Assembly (NCBI GenBank): GCA_963823035.1
Contig: CAWGKG010000020.1
Coordinates: 32,001-96,000 of the forward strand
Direction: 5' to 3'
DNA from: an uncultured Gemmatimonadales bacterium
Lineage (GTDB): Bacteria; Gemmatimonadota; Gemmatimonadetes; Longimicrobiales; Gaopeijiaceae
DNA: 64,000 bases
Both the position numbers and the translations under genes were made by a program. The notes beneath the pieces are model-generated. The model worked only from the letters and a program-made list of their open reading frames with translations, searched no databases and was not told where the DNA came from. Shown piece after piece: positions 31,181 to 41,405 of this stretch (positions are counted from its first letter, which is position 1; every line of letters begins with the position of its first letter).

Positions 31181-33526
31181 CTACTGGAGCCCCACCCGCT
31201 GGAGGAGCGCCGGGAAGCGCGGATCGTCGCGCAGCGGCCCGAGCATCGGATCGACGCCCATGTTCACGACCTGCCAGGTGCGCTCGTCCAACGCAGCCCG
31301 CAGCTCCTCGAAGGCGCGGTCCTTTTCGCCGAGCGCGCCGTATACGATGGCGTACTCGTACCGGGAGACGTTGGATCCCGAGTCGGATTGCCGCCGGAGC
31401 TCGGCGAGGAGGTCCCGGGCCTGGGCGATGTGGCCGCCCATGGCGAGTGCGGCGGCATAGTCCGCGATGCGCCGGCTCGCTCGTCCGGAGAGGACCATGG
31501 CGTGCTCGAGCACGTCGGCGGCGCGGTCGTAGTCGCCGATCGAGAAGAGGAACTGCCCCAGGAACCAGTTGGCGAGGGAGTCGTCCGGCTTGCGCGCCAC
31601 CGTGGACTCGAGCACCTCGCGGGCGTCGTCCACGCGGCCGGCGCAGGTGAGGATCCACCCGTGCACGGCCCGCACGGCCAGGTTGAGGCTCGAGATCTGC
31701 TCCGCCTGCAGGATCTGCTGCTCGGCCTCCGCGAACCGGCGCTGCATCGCGAGCATCTCCGCGTACCACTGGTGCGCGGTCACCGACGAAGGGTCGAGCT
31801 GGAGGGCGCGCTGGAACTCGCGCTCCGCCCCGCTCCAGTCGCGTTCGTAGTCGCGTAGCACCAGGCCGAGCGAGGCGTGCGCGTCCGCCAGGCTTTCGTC
31901 CAGCGCCAGCGCCTTCTCGGCAGCGGTGCGTGCGCGCGGATACGCCTCGGCCGGCGTGAGGCTCCCGTAGTAGTGCAGGAGGATGTAGGAGCTGGCGAGG
32001 CCCACGTAGGCCCGCGCGAAGGTGGAGTCGGACTCGATGACCTCGTTGAAGAGGCTGATGGCCTTCTCCAGACTGGTCGCGGTGCGCTCACTCCACTGGT
32101 ACTGCGCCTGCTGGTACATCTGCACGATGCGCAGGCGCTCCCGCTCCGTGGTGCTCAGCCGGAGCTGCAGACTCTCGGCCGCGTCGAGCGCGATGCGCTC
32201 CGGAAGCTCCATCGCCTGCGTGGTCGGGCTCTGGTAGTAGCTCCCCCACACGTAGGCGCCGGTGCGCACGTCGGTGACCTCCACCGAGACGTTCAGGTTC
32301 GAGCCCTGCGTGCGCAGCTGCGTGGTGAGCACCGCGTCCACGCCGAGTTGCTCGCCCAGGCGGATGGCGCCCCGGTCGTCCCCGCCGTACGGCTCCACCG
32401 CCTGGAAGGAGAGCACCGTGAGCCCGGGGATCTGCGAGAGCGACGCGATCACGCGCTCCGCCAGCAGGTCGCACAGGTAGACCGTCCCGACGGCCTGGTC
32501 CTGGTCGGCGCAGGGGAGGACGGCCATCGAGCGCAGGGGGCGGGGCGAGGACAGCGACGGTCCGGCGAGCTTCCACACGGCGAACGCGGCGACGAGGAGC
32601 ACCGGGATGCCGAGCAGCGCCCACCGCCGCCGGCGCGGACGGGCGGCCGGCGGTCCCGGGGATGTCCCGCCCTTCGGTGCGGAGCTCAGGTCGCGGCTGA
32701 GCCCGCGCAGCGCCGCCAGGAGGTCGGCCGCGGTCTGGTAGCGCGTCCTGCGGTCCTTCTCCAGCGCCCGCGCGATGACGTGCTCGAGCTCCGGCGGGAG
32801 GGAGGAGTCGAGCGTGCGGATGCCGGGAACCGGATCGGGGGAGAGGAGGCTCGCCACCACCGACGACATCGTTCCCTCGTACGGGGTACGCCCGACCGCC
32901 ATCTCGTAGAGCACCACGCCCAGTGAGAAGATGTCCGAGCGTGCGTCCACATCCTCGCCGCGGGCCTGCTCGGGCGACATGAACGCCATGGTCCCGACCG
33001 GCGCGCCCGTGGTGAGGCGGTTCTTCTCCCCCCCTCCGTACCGCCCTCGGCGAGGCGCGCGATGCCGAAGTCGAGCACCTTCGCGTCGCCGCGCTTGTTG
33101 ATGAAGACGTTCGCGCTCTTCACGTCGCGGTGGATCACTCCCTGCCGGTGTGCGGCGTCGAGCGCATCGGCCACCTGGATCGCGACGCTCAGGAGGTGCT
33201 CGGACGTCGAGGGGGCCCGACTCGAGGGTCGACTCCAGCGTCTTGCCGTCGAGCAGCTCCATGACGATGAACGGCCTGCCCTCGTACGTCCCGGTGTCGT
33301 AGACCGTGCAGATGTTCTTGTGGCTCAAGCGCGAGATCGCACGGATCTCGGTCTCGAAGCGCTCACGGAACTCCGGGAGGAGCGCCAGCGACGGGTGGAG
33401 GAACTTGATCGCCACCTCGCGGCCGAGCCTGGGGTCGGACGCCCGGTGCAACTCGCCCATGGCTCCCGCGCTCAGGAAGCCCTCGACGACGTAGTGGCCG
33501 AGCCGGGTGCCGGGTGGGTAGGGCAT
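31181..33526 (-). CDS. Ser/Thr protein kinase with TM, TolB-N-like and TPR domains (frameshifts near 33040 and 33200)
   Basis: Motifs [28 protein letters not shown] and SMAVLP, TPR repeats, and C-terminal LRDDPRF. Confidence 0.9.
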   Translation of the reverse strand: MPYPPGTRLGHYVVEGFLSAGAMGELHRASDPRLGREVAIKFLHPSLALLPEFRERFETEIRAISRLSHKNICTVYDTGTYEGRPFIVMELLDGKTLESTLESGPLDVRAPPERRDPGGRCARRRTPAGSDPPRREERERLHQQARRREGARLRHRAPRRGRYGGGEKNRLTTGAPVGTMAFMSPEQARGEDVDARSDIFSLGVVLYEMAVGRTPYEGTMSSVVASLLSPDPVPGIRTLDSSLPPELEHVIARALEKDRRTRYQTAADLLAALRGLSRDLSSAPKGGTSPGPPAARPRRRRWALLGIPVLLVAAFAVWKLAGPSLSSPRPLRSMAVLPCADQDQAVGTVYLCDLLAERVIASLSQIPGLTVLSFQAVEPYGGDDRGAIRLGEQLGVDAVLTTQLRTQGSNLNVSVEVTDVRTGAYVWGSYYQSPTTQAMELPERIALDAAESLQLRLSTTERERLRIVQMYQQAQYQWSERTATSLEKAISLFNEVIESDSTFARAYVGLASSYILLHYYGSLTPAEAYPRARTAAEKALALDESLADAHASLGLVLRDYERDWSGAEREFQRALQLDPSSVTAHQWYAEMLAMQRRFAEAEQQILQAEQISSLNLAVRAVHGWILTCAGRVDDAREVLESTVARKPDDSLANWFLGQFLFSIGDYDRAADVLEHAMVLSGRASRRIADYAAALAMGGHIAQARDLLAELRRQSDSGSNVSRYEYAIVYGALGEKDRAFEELRAALDERTWQVVNMGVDPMLGPLRDDPRFPALLQRVGLQ

Positions 33527-33753
33527 CGTGACTAGCTAGCCAACCAGGATCCGCGCCGTCGGGGACGACCGTGGGGCGCGAGCGGGGAGTCTGTCCCGGC
33601 GAAGGGGCCGGACGCGTGAGGGGGTACCATGCGGCCGGCCGCCCCCGGCCGCAAGCGCATCCGCGACGTCCGCTGGTCGTGACGGAAGACCTCCCGTAAG
33701 ATTGCGATTCGGTCGCTCCGGAAGCTCCGCCTCATCGTCCAGGTTGGCTCCCC

Positions 33754-35991
33754 ATGAGAAAGCTCCTCGTCGTCTTCGCGCTCCTGCTCGCCGGATGCGC
33801 CTCCAGCGAGACCGCCGGCCCCGAGGTGGCCCGCCAGGAGCGGCGGGCTCAGGACGTGACGATCATCCGCGACGACTGGGGCATCGCGCACGTGTACGGG
33901 AAGACGGACGCCGACGCGGTGTTCGGCATGATCTACGCGCAGGCCGAGGACGATTTCAACCGCATCGAGGTCAACTACCTCAACTCGATGGGGCGTCTGG
34001 CGGAGGCCGAGGGCGAGGGGGAGATCTGGCGCGACCTGCGCATGCAGCTCTTCATCGACCCGGAGGATATGCAGGCGAAGTACGCGTCGAGCCCGGACTG
34101 GCTGCGCGCGCTCATGGACGCCTGGGCGGACGGCCTGAACTACTATCTGCATACGCATCCCGACGTGCACCCGCGGGTGCTCACGCGCTTCGAGCCGTGG
34201 ATGGCGCTCACCTTCAGTGAGGGAAGCATCGGCGGCGACATCGAGCGGGTCTCGCTGCGCGACCTCGATGCGTTCTACGGCAGTCGCGGCCGCGAGACGA
34301 CCGGGTCGGCTTCGGCCGCAACGGCCGCGCACAATGCCACCGAAGAGGCCCTCGACGACCGCCTCGCACTCGCCGGCGAATCCCTGCGCGACGAACCCAC
34401 CGGCTCCAACGGCTTCGCGATCGCGCCGTCGAACACAAAGGACGGCCACGCGCTCCTCCTCATCAACCCGCACACCTCCTTCTTCTTCCGCTCCGAGCTG
34501 CAGATGGCGAGCGAGGAGGGGCTCGACGCCTACGGCGCCGTCACCTGGGGGCAGTTCTTCGTCTACCAGGGCTTCAACGACAAGGCGGGCTGGATGCACA
34601 CCTCCAGCGGCGTCGACAACATCGACGAGTTCCTGGAGACCGTGACGCCCGCGGGCGGCGGCTACACGTACCGGCACGGGAGCGAGGAGCTGCCGCTCGA
34701 ACAGCGCGACGTCACCCTCCGCTACAGGACCGAGGCCGGAGGTACGGCCGAGCGGACGTTCACGGTCTACCGCAGCCTGCACGGGCCCATCGTGCGCGAG
34801 GCGGACGGGAAGTGGGTCGCGGTGGGCCTCATGGAGAACCCGGTCGACGCGCTCACGCAGTCGTATTCGCGCACCAAGGCGACCGACTACGCTTCCTTCC
34901 GCACGTCGATGGAGCTGCACACGAACTCGTCCAACAACACGGTCTTCGCGGACGCCGACGGCGACATCGCCTACTTCCACTCCAACTTCATCCCGAAGCG
35001 CGACTCCCGCTTCGACTGGACGAAGCCGGTGGACGGGAGTGACCCGGCCACGGACTGGGGCGAGCCGCTCTCGATCGACCAGACCCCGGGTGCGCTGAAT
35101 CCGCCGAACGGGTGGATCCAGAACACGAACAACGCCCCATGGTCGGTGACCGGGCCGAACAGCCCGAAGAGGGCCGACTATCCGCCCTACGTGGAGTCGG
35201 GGACGGAGAACCCGCGCGGCCTCCACGCGCAGCGCGTGCTCCAGGGGAAGAAGGACTTCACGCTCGCGTCCCTCATCGAGGCGGCTTTCGACCCCTACCT
35301 CACGGCCTTCGAGCCGCTGGTGCCGGCGCTCGTCCGCGCGTACGACCGCACGCCCGCGTCCGATCCGTTGAAGGCCGCGCTGTCCGAGCAGGTCGCGGCG
35401 CTGCGCGGGTGGGACCTGCGCTGGAGCGCGGAGTCCGTGCCGACCTCGCTGGCGGTGTTCTGGGGAACGGAGCTGTTCGAGCGCGTGGCGGCCGACGCGC
35501 GCCGCGCGAACCTGTCGATCTACGACTACGCGGCCGATCGCACGCCGCCGAAGCAGATGCTGGAGGCGCTGAAGGCGGCGTCGGACAAGCTGGCGGCCGA
35601 CTTCGGGAGCTGGCGCACTCCCTGGGGCGACATCAACCGCTTCCAGCGCCTGACGGGAGACATCGTGCAGCCCTTCGACGACGCCGGGCCGAGCATTCCC
35701 GTCCCGTTCACCTCCTCCCGCTGGGGCTCGCTCGCGTCGTTCGGCGCGCGGGCCTATCCTGGCACGAAGAAGTGGTACGGCACGAGCGGGAACAGCTTCG
35801 TGGCGGTGGTCGAGTTCGGCGACAGCGTGCGCGCGCGTGCCATCACGGCGGGCGGCGAGAGTGGAGACCCCGCCTCGCCGCACTTCAACGACGAGGCAGA
35901 GCGGTACGCCTCCGGCGACCTGAGGCCGGTCTACTACTACCGGTCACAGCTCGAGGGGCATACCGAGAGAGAGTATCACCCGGGCGGTTGA
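33754..35991 (+). CDS. Penicillin acylase family (Ntn hydrolase) lipoprotein
   Basis: Lipobox LAGC, IRDDWGIAHVYG, catalytic GSNGFA, LLINPH and QNTNN. Confidence 0.9.
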   Translation: MRKLLVVFALLLAGCASSETAGPEVARQERRAQDVTIIRDDWGIAHVYGKTDADAVFGMIYAQAEDDFNRIEVNYLNSMGRLAEAEGEGEIWRDLRMQLFIDPEDMQAKYASSPDWLRALMDAWADGLNYYLHTHPDVHPRVLTRFEPWMALTFSEGSIGGDIERVSLRDLDAFYGSRGRETTGSASAATAAHNATEEALDDRLALAGESLRDEPTGSNGFAIAPSNTKDGHALLLINPHTSFFFRSELQMASEEGLDAYGAVTWGQFFVYQGFNDKAGWMHTSSGVDNIDEFLETVTPAGGGYTYRHGSEELPLEQRDVTLRYRTEAGGTAERTFTVYRSLHGPIVREADGKWVAVGLMENPVDALTQSYSRTKATDYASFRTSMELHTNSSNNTVFADADGDIAYFHSNFIPKRDSRFDWTKPVDGSDPATDWGEPLSIDQTPGALNPPNGWIQNTNNAPWSVTGPNSPKRADYPPYVESGTENPRGLHAQRVLQGKKDFTLASLIEAAFDPYLTAFEPLVPALVRAYDRTPASDPLKAALSEQVAALRGWDLRWSAESVPTSLAVFWGTELFERVAADARRANLSIYDYAADRTPPKQMLEALKAASDKLAADFGSWRTPWGDINRFQRLTGDIVQPFDDAGPSIPVPFTSSRWGSLASFGARAYPGTKKWYGTSGNSFVAVVEFGDSVRARAITAGGESGDPASPHFNDEAERYASGDLRPVYYYRSQLEGHTEREYHPGG

Positions 35992-36059
35992 ACCGCCCGG
36001 CAGTCCCCCCAACGTTCTACGAGCGAATAGAGGCACGAGCGAAGCAGCGGGAGGGACCT

Positions 36060-36100
36060 GGCGGGTGGGCGCGCCGACATCGGCGCCCACCCGCCTTCTT
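36060..36100 (+). terminator. Intrinsic terminator between convergent genes
   Basis: Perfect 13-bp stem GGCGGGTGGGCGC/GCGCCCACCCGCC followed by TTCTT. Confidence 0.7.
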
Positions 36101-36102
36101 CG

Positions 36103-37008
36103 TCAGCGTTGGTTCGCTTCGGCGCGCGTGCCCTGGCCGAAGGCGGTGCCCTCGATCCCGCGGAACGTGACCGCCCGCGCCCGTCCGTCCACGTCGAACT
36201 CGAAGCTCACGCCCACCTCGATGTTGAAGAGCCGCGTGCCGTGGTACATGCCCGGGTTGAAGCGTTGCATCCCGGCCGGCACGAGGTCGAAGGTGAGCTC
36301 GTCGCCCGGGTGGATCGGGAAGGGCATGCGACCCCGCAGGGTGCCGTCCGGCCCTTCCGTCACTTCGAGCCAGGCGTTCGTCGGATAGCCAACGCCGTCG
36401 ATGATCCGCAGGTCGTACGTGCCCAGATAGGGCGCGCGATCCTCCGCGGCGAGCGTCGCGGCCTTCGTGGGCTCCACGAGCACGTCGACCGGGACGGCCG
36501 TGGTCCCCCATCGCATCTGCAGCACGGCCGCGTCGCCGGATACGGTCGGGAAGGACCACGTCAGCATCTCGGCGTGGGTGGCCTCCCTCGGCTTCACGGC
36601 GATGTGGATCTGGCCGTCCGCCGAGTCGGGTTTCTGGAAGTGGAAGAGCTTCGGCTCCGGGTTGAGCGTGAGCGTCCACGACGACGCGCGGTGCGGGATC
36701 ATCCACAGGGAGTACTTTCCCGCCGGAACGTCGACGCCGTTCAGGCGGACGTCGCGGTTCGACTCGAGCGTGGTGGCCCAGTTGGCTCCTGGCGTCCAGA
36801 CCACGTCCCACGGGACGAGCACGCCGAACAGCTCCCGACCCCGTGCCGAGGGGCGCGAGTAGGCCATCGAGATCGTGGTCCCGTCGAGCGTCTGGCTGAC
36901 GGCGCCGGCCTCGCTGCCGCGGATCTGGGCGGCGCCGGGCGTGGCGCTCGCCGCGGAGAGCAGGGTCGCGGCGTACGCCGCGACGCCGATGCGTGATAGC
37001 GTCTTCAT
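36103..37008 (-). CDS. DUF2911 domain secreted protein with C-terminal extension
   Basis: Motifs YSRPSARGR, WTPGANWAT and VPAGKYSLWMIP. Confidence 0.85.
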   Translation of the reverse strand: MKTLSRIGVAAYAATLLSAASATPGAAQIRGSEAGAVSQTLDGTTISMAYSRPSARGRELFGVLVPWDVVWTPGANWATTLESNRDVRLNGVDVPAGKYSLWMIPHRASSWTLTLNPEPKLFHFQKPDSADGQIHIAVKPREATHAEMLTWSFPTVSGDAAVLQMRWGTTAVPVDVLVEPTKAATLAAEDRAPYLGTYDLRIIDGVGYPTNAWLEVTEGPDGTLRGRMPFPIHPGDELTFDLVPAGMQRFNPGMYHGTRLFNIEVGVSFEFDVDGRARAVTFRGIEGTAFGQGTRAEANQR

Positions 37009-37078
37009 GAGTCGTTCCCCTGTTCGTTTCGTCGATGGAATCGGCGGGGTGCCCCCTCGGGCCGCCCCGCCGTCGCGC

Positions 37079-37501
37079 TCAGGCGAATCGGCGATCGATC
37101 GCCGCGCGGATCTCGTCGAGGGTGCAGCCGTCCTGGTGGAGTTCCCATGCCAGCTTCCCCTCACCCGAGCAGATGTCGCAGTACTGGGCCATCCCGGACT
37201 CCCCGTAGCACGAGAGCAGCGAATACATGCCGGGGAGGTCGGCGCACCCGCACTGACAGCGGATCCCGTCCACCACGTGGGGGATCTCCCGGATGTGGTC
37301 GTAGAGCTCGGCGGCGTGGGGTGCCACGCGCTCGCGCCGAAGCACGACGGAGGCGTCGATCCCCGGTCGGGGGTCCGGGTGCCGGAGGCGCGGCCCGCGA
37401 ACGCTCGCGGCCGCGTGGGCCGGGCGCAGCGAGGCAAGGCCCCACACGCCGGCCAACAACGCCAGCGCACGCCGACGGCTCATCGTCGGGCCGGATGCCA
37501 T
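37079..37501 (-). CDS. PCYCGC-motif-like Cys-rich protein with Tat-like signal
   Basis: SRRRALALL, IRCQCGC, SLLSCY and CDIC. Confidence 0.75.
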   Translation of the reverse strand: MASGPTMSRRRALALLAGVWGLASLRPAHAAASVRGPRLRHPDPRPGIDASVVLRRERVAPHAAELYDHIREIPHVVDGIRCQCGCADLPGMYSLLSCYGESGMAQYCDICSGEGKLAWELHQDGCTLDEIRAAIDRRFA

Positions 37502-37666
37502 GTCCCGCCCCGTCTCCCCGGTGTGCTCCCTGCCCATCCCCACCCCCCGCCGTCCCGGGCCGCACGAAGGCCCGCCTCGCGACGTGCTCCCTCGCGGCGC
37601 ACGCGTTCCTCCGGGGCTACCGGATCACGGGCGGGATCGGCTCAAGTGACTCGGGCGCGCGTCGGC

Positions 37667-38906
37667 TCACCGGGGCCCGGGGGGAGGCTCCGGCTCGTCC
37701 TGGTTCGGCGCCAGCGGCGACGGTCCGAGGCCGGAGAGCCAGCGCGCGAGTGCCAGCCAGAAGCGCACACGCAGGCCGAGGATCGGGCCGTCCGCTCCGG
37801 GATAGCGGGCGCGAAGCCACGCGGCCGGCGGTGTCGCGACATGCGTGATGTCCCGGAGGGCCGCGGACGCCCCACCCCCGAGACGCCAGCGCAGCAACAA
37901 CCCTCCGAGACGGCCCTGGGTGTCGGAGATCGAGCCCAGAAGCCGTTGGGGACCCAGGTGGCGGCGCTCCGCCCTGCTGGGATGGCCGGACGCGCCGATC
38001 GCGGCCCGCACGTCTTCCGCGAAGGGCACGCCGTAGAGGTGCGCCAGCACGCGTACGATGGTCGCGAGCCGTCGCTCGCCACCGCGCCGGCGTGCGTGAC
38101 GATGCAGCGCGTCCAGGTCGAGCAAGCGGGGCCCCAACCGGCAGAGGTCGCCCACACCTCGCAGGTGGCGAACGACGCGCACGTGCTTGAGGAAGTGGTC
38201 GGCGAGCACCACGAAGTGAGCCTCGGTGCCGGGGATTCCCTGCTCCATGTCCGCGCCGTCCCACAGGGGATCCGGCTCCTCCGAAGCCGCGAGACGGAGC
38301 GTGCCGTACATCGAGCTCCAGTGGAGGTCGACCGTGCCGCCGACTCCCGGTCGGTGCGGAGCCGTCCTCCAGCGTGAACGCCGACACCCATTCCATGCGG
38401 GACGGATCCCACGGCGTCCACGGCGTGAATCCGGCCGCGCTCAAGGTGCGGACCGCCGCCTCGGCATCCCGCGGCGCGACGAGAAGGTCCACGTCTTCGA
38501 GCACGCGCTCGCCGGGGTCCCGGTAGGTCCCGTCCAGCAGGAGCGCGGCGCCCTTGAACACCACGGACGGGATGCCGGCTCGCGTCAGCGCGCCACGTGC
38601 GCGCCCCAGCGTCTCCAGCCGCACGCCGCTTTCCACCGCGGTGCGCACGTAGTGCGGCTCCAGGGCGGCGCGCAGACGAGCGGGGAGGGGGGCGGGCTCG
38701 CCCAGGGCGACCGCGCGGCGCTGCCGGACCACGGCCGTCCCCGCGAGGCCGTGGTGCAGCAAGAAGGTCTCCACGAACCGCCAGTCGGGTGGTTCGGCGG
38801 AGGGATCGTCCCCAGCCTGGGCGGACAGGACGCCCCCGTTCACGGCCCTGGCCGTCGGGCCGCTCAGGAGGCTCCGGAGAACGTCCAACGTCGCCGTGTT
38901 CGTCAA
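37667..38906 (-). CDS. Nucleotidyltransferase family protein (NTP_transf_5-like), frameshift near 38340
   Basis: FKGAAL..Y.DPGERVLEDVDLLV, and DLHW after the frameshift. TTGA overlap with the kinase stop. Confidence 0.8.
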
Positions 38907-39847
38907 GGCAGGAGCTCCTCGAGCGTCCGGGCGGCGGCGACGGCACTCCCGAAGTGCACGTCGACGACCCTCGCCCCGTCGAGGAGATCGGCGAACCGGG
39001 GGAACGACGCCAGCGGGGAGGCACCGGTGTCGAGGACGGAGCCGACGAGGAGCTGCAGGCCGACCGCTGCCGAGAGAGGCTCGACCCGCACCCCCGCGCC
39101 CTCGACCCATTCGATCCGCGCCACCACCGCCGCCCTCGCGCCGGGCTCGGCCCAACCGGCGGTCTCCGCCGGATCGTAGCGTGCCTCTCGCGTATCGGCG
39201 TCGAGGAGCGCCGGCGCGGCGACGACGGCGCCCACCTCCTGGAGTCGATCCGCCCCCACCCTCACCGGGCGGGGGAAGGGCGAGAGCCGCCCCCCGTCCT
39301 CGAGGAGGACCACGTCGTCGCCCAGGAGGGGGAGGCCTCGCCTCGACCACGCCAGCGCGAGGCTGGACTTCCCCGATCCGGACGGGCCGAGCGCGAGGAT
39401 CGCCCGAGCGCCTTCGGTGGGCGACCGGACAACGGCGCCCGCCGCGTGCAGGTGGGTCCGCTCGTGGTGCCCGCCCAGGAGGAAGTGGGTGACGCCGAAC
39501 TCGAGGGCACCGACCAGCTCGGCGGGGGTCCGGAAGCGCTGCACGACCGGATCGGTGCGGGCACGCAGTTCGTACCCGCCCGCGGTCTGCGACACGGACA
39601 GGTCCGCCGGGGGGCCCGCGTGGCCGGGCGGGAGTTGCGCGTCCCCGAACATCCCGCGGACGGCATCGATCACCGGTCCCGCGGGTGCCTGGATCGTCAA
39701 CGACCGTTCCTGGATCCCGAAAACGACGCGCAGGGGAAGCTCCGCGTTTCCACTGGAGGACCGCACGCCCTTCGGCGTGAGGTCGGCGTGACCGGGGGGA
39801 CGCTCAATGGTAGCGCCTGAAAGCCCGGGGCTCCACAATCCCCCCAT
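38903..39847 (-). CDS. HPr kinase-related P-loop kinase (start uncertain, possibly GTG at 39766)
   Basis: Motifs LHAAGAV, GPSGSGKSSL, LLGDDVV and PFPRP. Confidence 0.8.
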   Translation of the reverse strand: MGGLWSPGLSGATIERPPGHADLTPKGVRSSSGNAELPLRVVFGIQERSLTIQAPAGPVIDAVRGMFGDAQLPPGHAGPPADLSVSQTAGGYELRARTDPVVQRFRTPAELVGALEFGVTHFLLGGHHERTHLHAAGAVVRSPTEGARAILALGPSGSGKSSLALAWSRRGLPLLGDDVVLLEDGGRLSPFPRPVRVGADRLQEVGAVVAAPALLDADTREARYDPAETAGWAEPGARAAVVARIEWVEGAGVRVEPLSAAVGLQLLVGSVLDTGASPLASFPRFADLLDGARVVDVHFGSAVAAARTLEELLP

Positions 39848-40122
39848 GACCGGGAATCTCCCCCCACGCCCACGTACCCGAGACGACGTGGTCTTCCGCC
39901 GTCTCGGCGAGGAGTTCGCGATCCTCGATCCCGAGGGGCAGGTCGTGCACGTCCTGAACCCGACCGCGGCAGCGGTGTGGGTGCTCTGCGACGGAACCCT
40001 GCAGCTCGACGGGATCGCCGGGGAGGTCGCGCGCGTCTTCGACGTCGTCCGATCCCGACCGGGTGCGGGCCGACGTGACGGACGCGGTCTCGACCTTCGT
40101 GGATCTCGGACTTCTGCGATGA
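39846..40122 (+). CDS. PqqD family (RiPP recognition element) protein, frameshift near 40050
   Basis: LGEEFAILDP..VHVLNPTAAAVWVLCDG. An alternate frame gives VRADVTDAVSTFVDLGLLR* with ATGA overlap into the next gene. Confidence 0.8.
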
Positions 40123-41405
40123 GCGTCCATCATTACCGCGGCATGCCGCTTCTCCTCCTCGGCCACTCCCTGCTATCCGCGCCCGTACCTGCGACCGGGC
40201 CGGGAGAAGCCCGCGTGGGTGTCCGGACGGCCGACTCCCTCGTCGCGGCGTGGGTCGACGCCGAACGGGTGCCCGGGGCCGTGCTCCTCGTGTCGGACGG
40301 AGGCACGGTCGTGTTCGAGCGCGCGTACGGATGGGCCCAGCGCTACGCGTTCGGGGGCGGCCAGTACGGCGCCTGGAAGACGGCCGCGCCCACCGGCCAC
40401 ATCCGCCCGATGGACGAGCCGGTGCCGATGACGCGCGAAACCGTCTTCGACCTCGCTTCGGTGACGAAGGTGATGGCGACGACCTTCGCGGTCATGCTGC
40501 TCGTGGACGACGGCGCGCTCGACGTGGAGGCGCCGGTCCATACCTACCTCCCGGACTTCCGAGGTGGAGGGAAGGACGCAATCACCCTGCGCCACCTCCT
40601 CACGCATCGGGCCGGTCTCACCCCGTGGCAGCCGGTGTACTACCACGCCTCCGATGCGGACGGCGCGTACGCCTACATCCGCGACCTGCCGCTGGCCTGG
40701 GGGGTGGGAGAGGGCCGGCACTACTCCGACCTCGGCTTCATGCTGCTCGGCCGTATCGTGGAGCGGGTGGCGGGCACCACGCTCGACGACTTCCTGCGCC
40801 GCCGCCTGTACGGTCCCCTGGGCCTCGAGCGCACCGGCTTCCGCGCGGGCTCGGCCGGAGGGGGCGGAGCAGTCGGCGACGGTCCCTTCGCCGCGACGTC
40901 GCACGGCAACCCCTACGAATACCGCATGGTGCACGACTCCACCTTCGGCTATCGCATCGCGGGCGACGCCGACGCGTGGAGGGGATGGCGGCAACGCACC
41001 CTCCTGGGCGAGGTGAACGACGGCAACGCCTTCCACGCTTTTCGTGGGATGGCCGGCCACGCCGGTCTCTTCTCCGACGCGGGCGACCTCGGCGTGCTCC
41101 TCCAACTCCTGCTGACGCGCGGGGAATACGGCGGACGGCGCTACCTCCGCGCGGAGACCGTCGACGCCTTCCTCGAGCCCACCGGCGACGGGCAGGCGCT
41201 CGGATGGCAGGTACCGGACTACGCGCCCGCAGGGAGCTTCGCGCACACAGGCTTCACGGGCACCTGGGTGCTCGGCGTGCCCGCCCGCGGTCTTGCCGCG
41301 GTGCTCCTGACCAACCGGCAGAACGGCGGCGTCGACGCGCGCGGCCTCTATCCGGACCTCGGCCCCCTGCAGCGCGGGGTGGCCGAGGCTCTTCTGTCGC
41401 GCTAG
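40119..41405 (+). CDS. Serine hydrolase (beta-lactamase/class C-like)
   Basis: SxxK FDLASVTK, LLTHRAG, YSDLGF, GHAGLFS and HTGFTG. Confidence 0.85.
   Translation: MSVHHYRGMPLLLLGHSLLSAPVPATGPGEARVGVRTADSLVAAWVDAERVPGAVLLVSDGGTVVFERAYGWAQRYAFGGGQYGAWKTAAPTGHIRPMDEPVPMTRETVFDLASVTKVMATTFAVMLLVDDGALDVEAPVHTYLPDFRGGGKDAITLRHLLTHRAGLTPWQPVYYHASDADGAYAYIRDLPLAWGVGEGRHYSDLGFMLLGRIVERVAGTTLDDFLRRRLYGPLGLERTGFRAGSAGGGGAVGDGPFAATSHGNPYEYRMVHDSTFGYRIAGDADAWRGWRQRTLLGEVNDGNAFHAFRGMAGHAGLFSDAGDLGVLLQLLLTRGEYGGRRYLRAETVDAFLEPTGDGQALGWQVPDYAPAGSFAHTGFTGTWVLGVPARGLAAVLLTNRQNGGVDARGLYPDLGPLQRGVAEALLSR

Noticed and set aside
33532..35883. 783-aa minus-strand ORF
   Set aside because: Antisense shadow of the acylase gene with no recognisable motifs.
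37667..40122. Complete lasso peptide or PQQ cluster
   Set aside because: No cyclase, B2 protease, pqqBCE or precursor ORF was found.
39807..41405. PqqD-beta-lactamase fusion protein
   Set aside because: The PqqD C-terminal helix continues in another frame and ends at an ATGA overlap, so an indel explains the apparent fusion.
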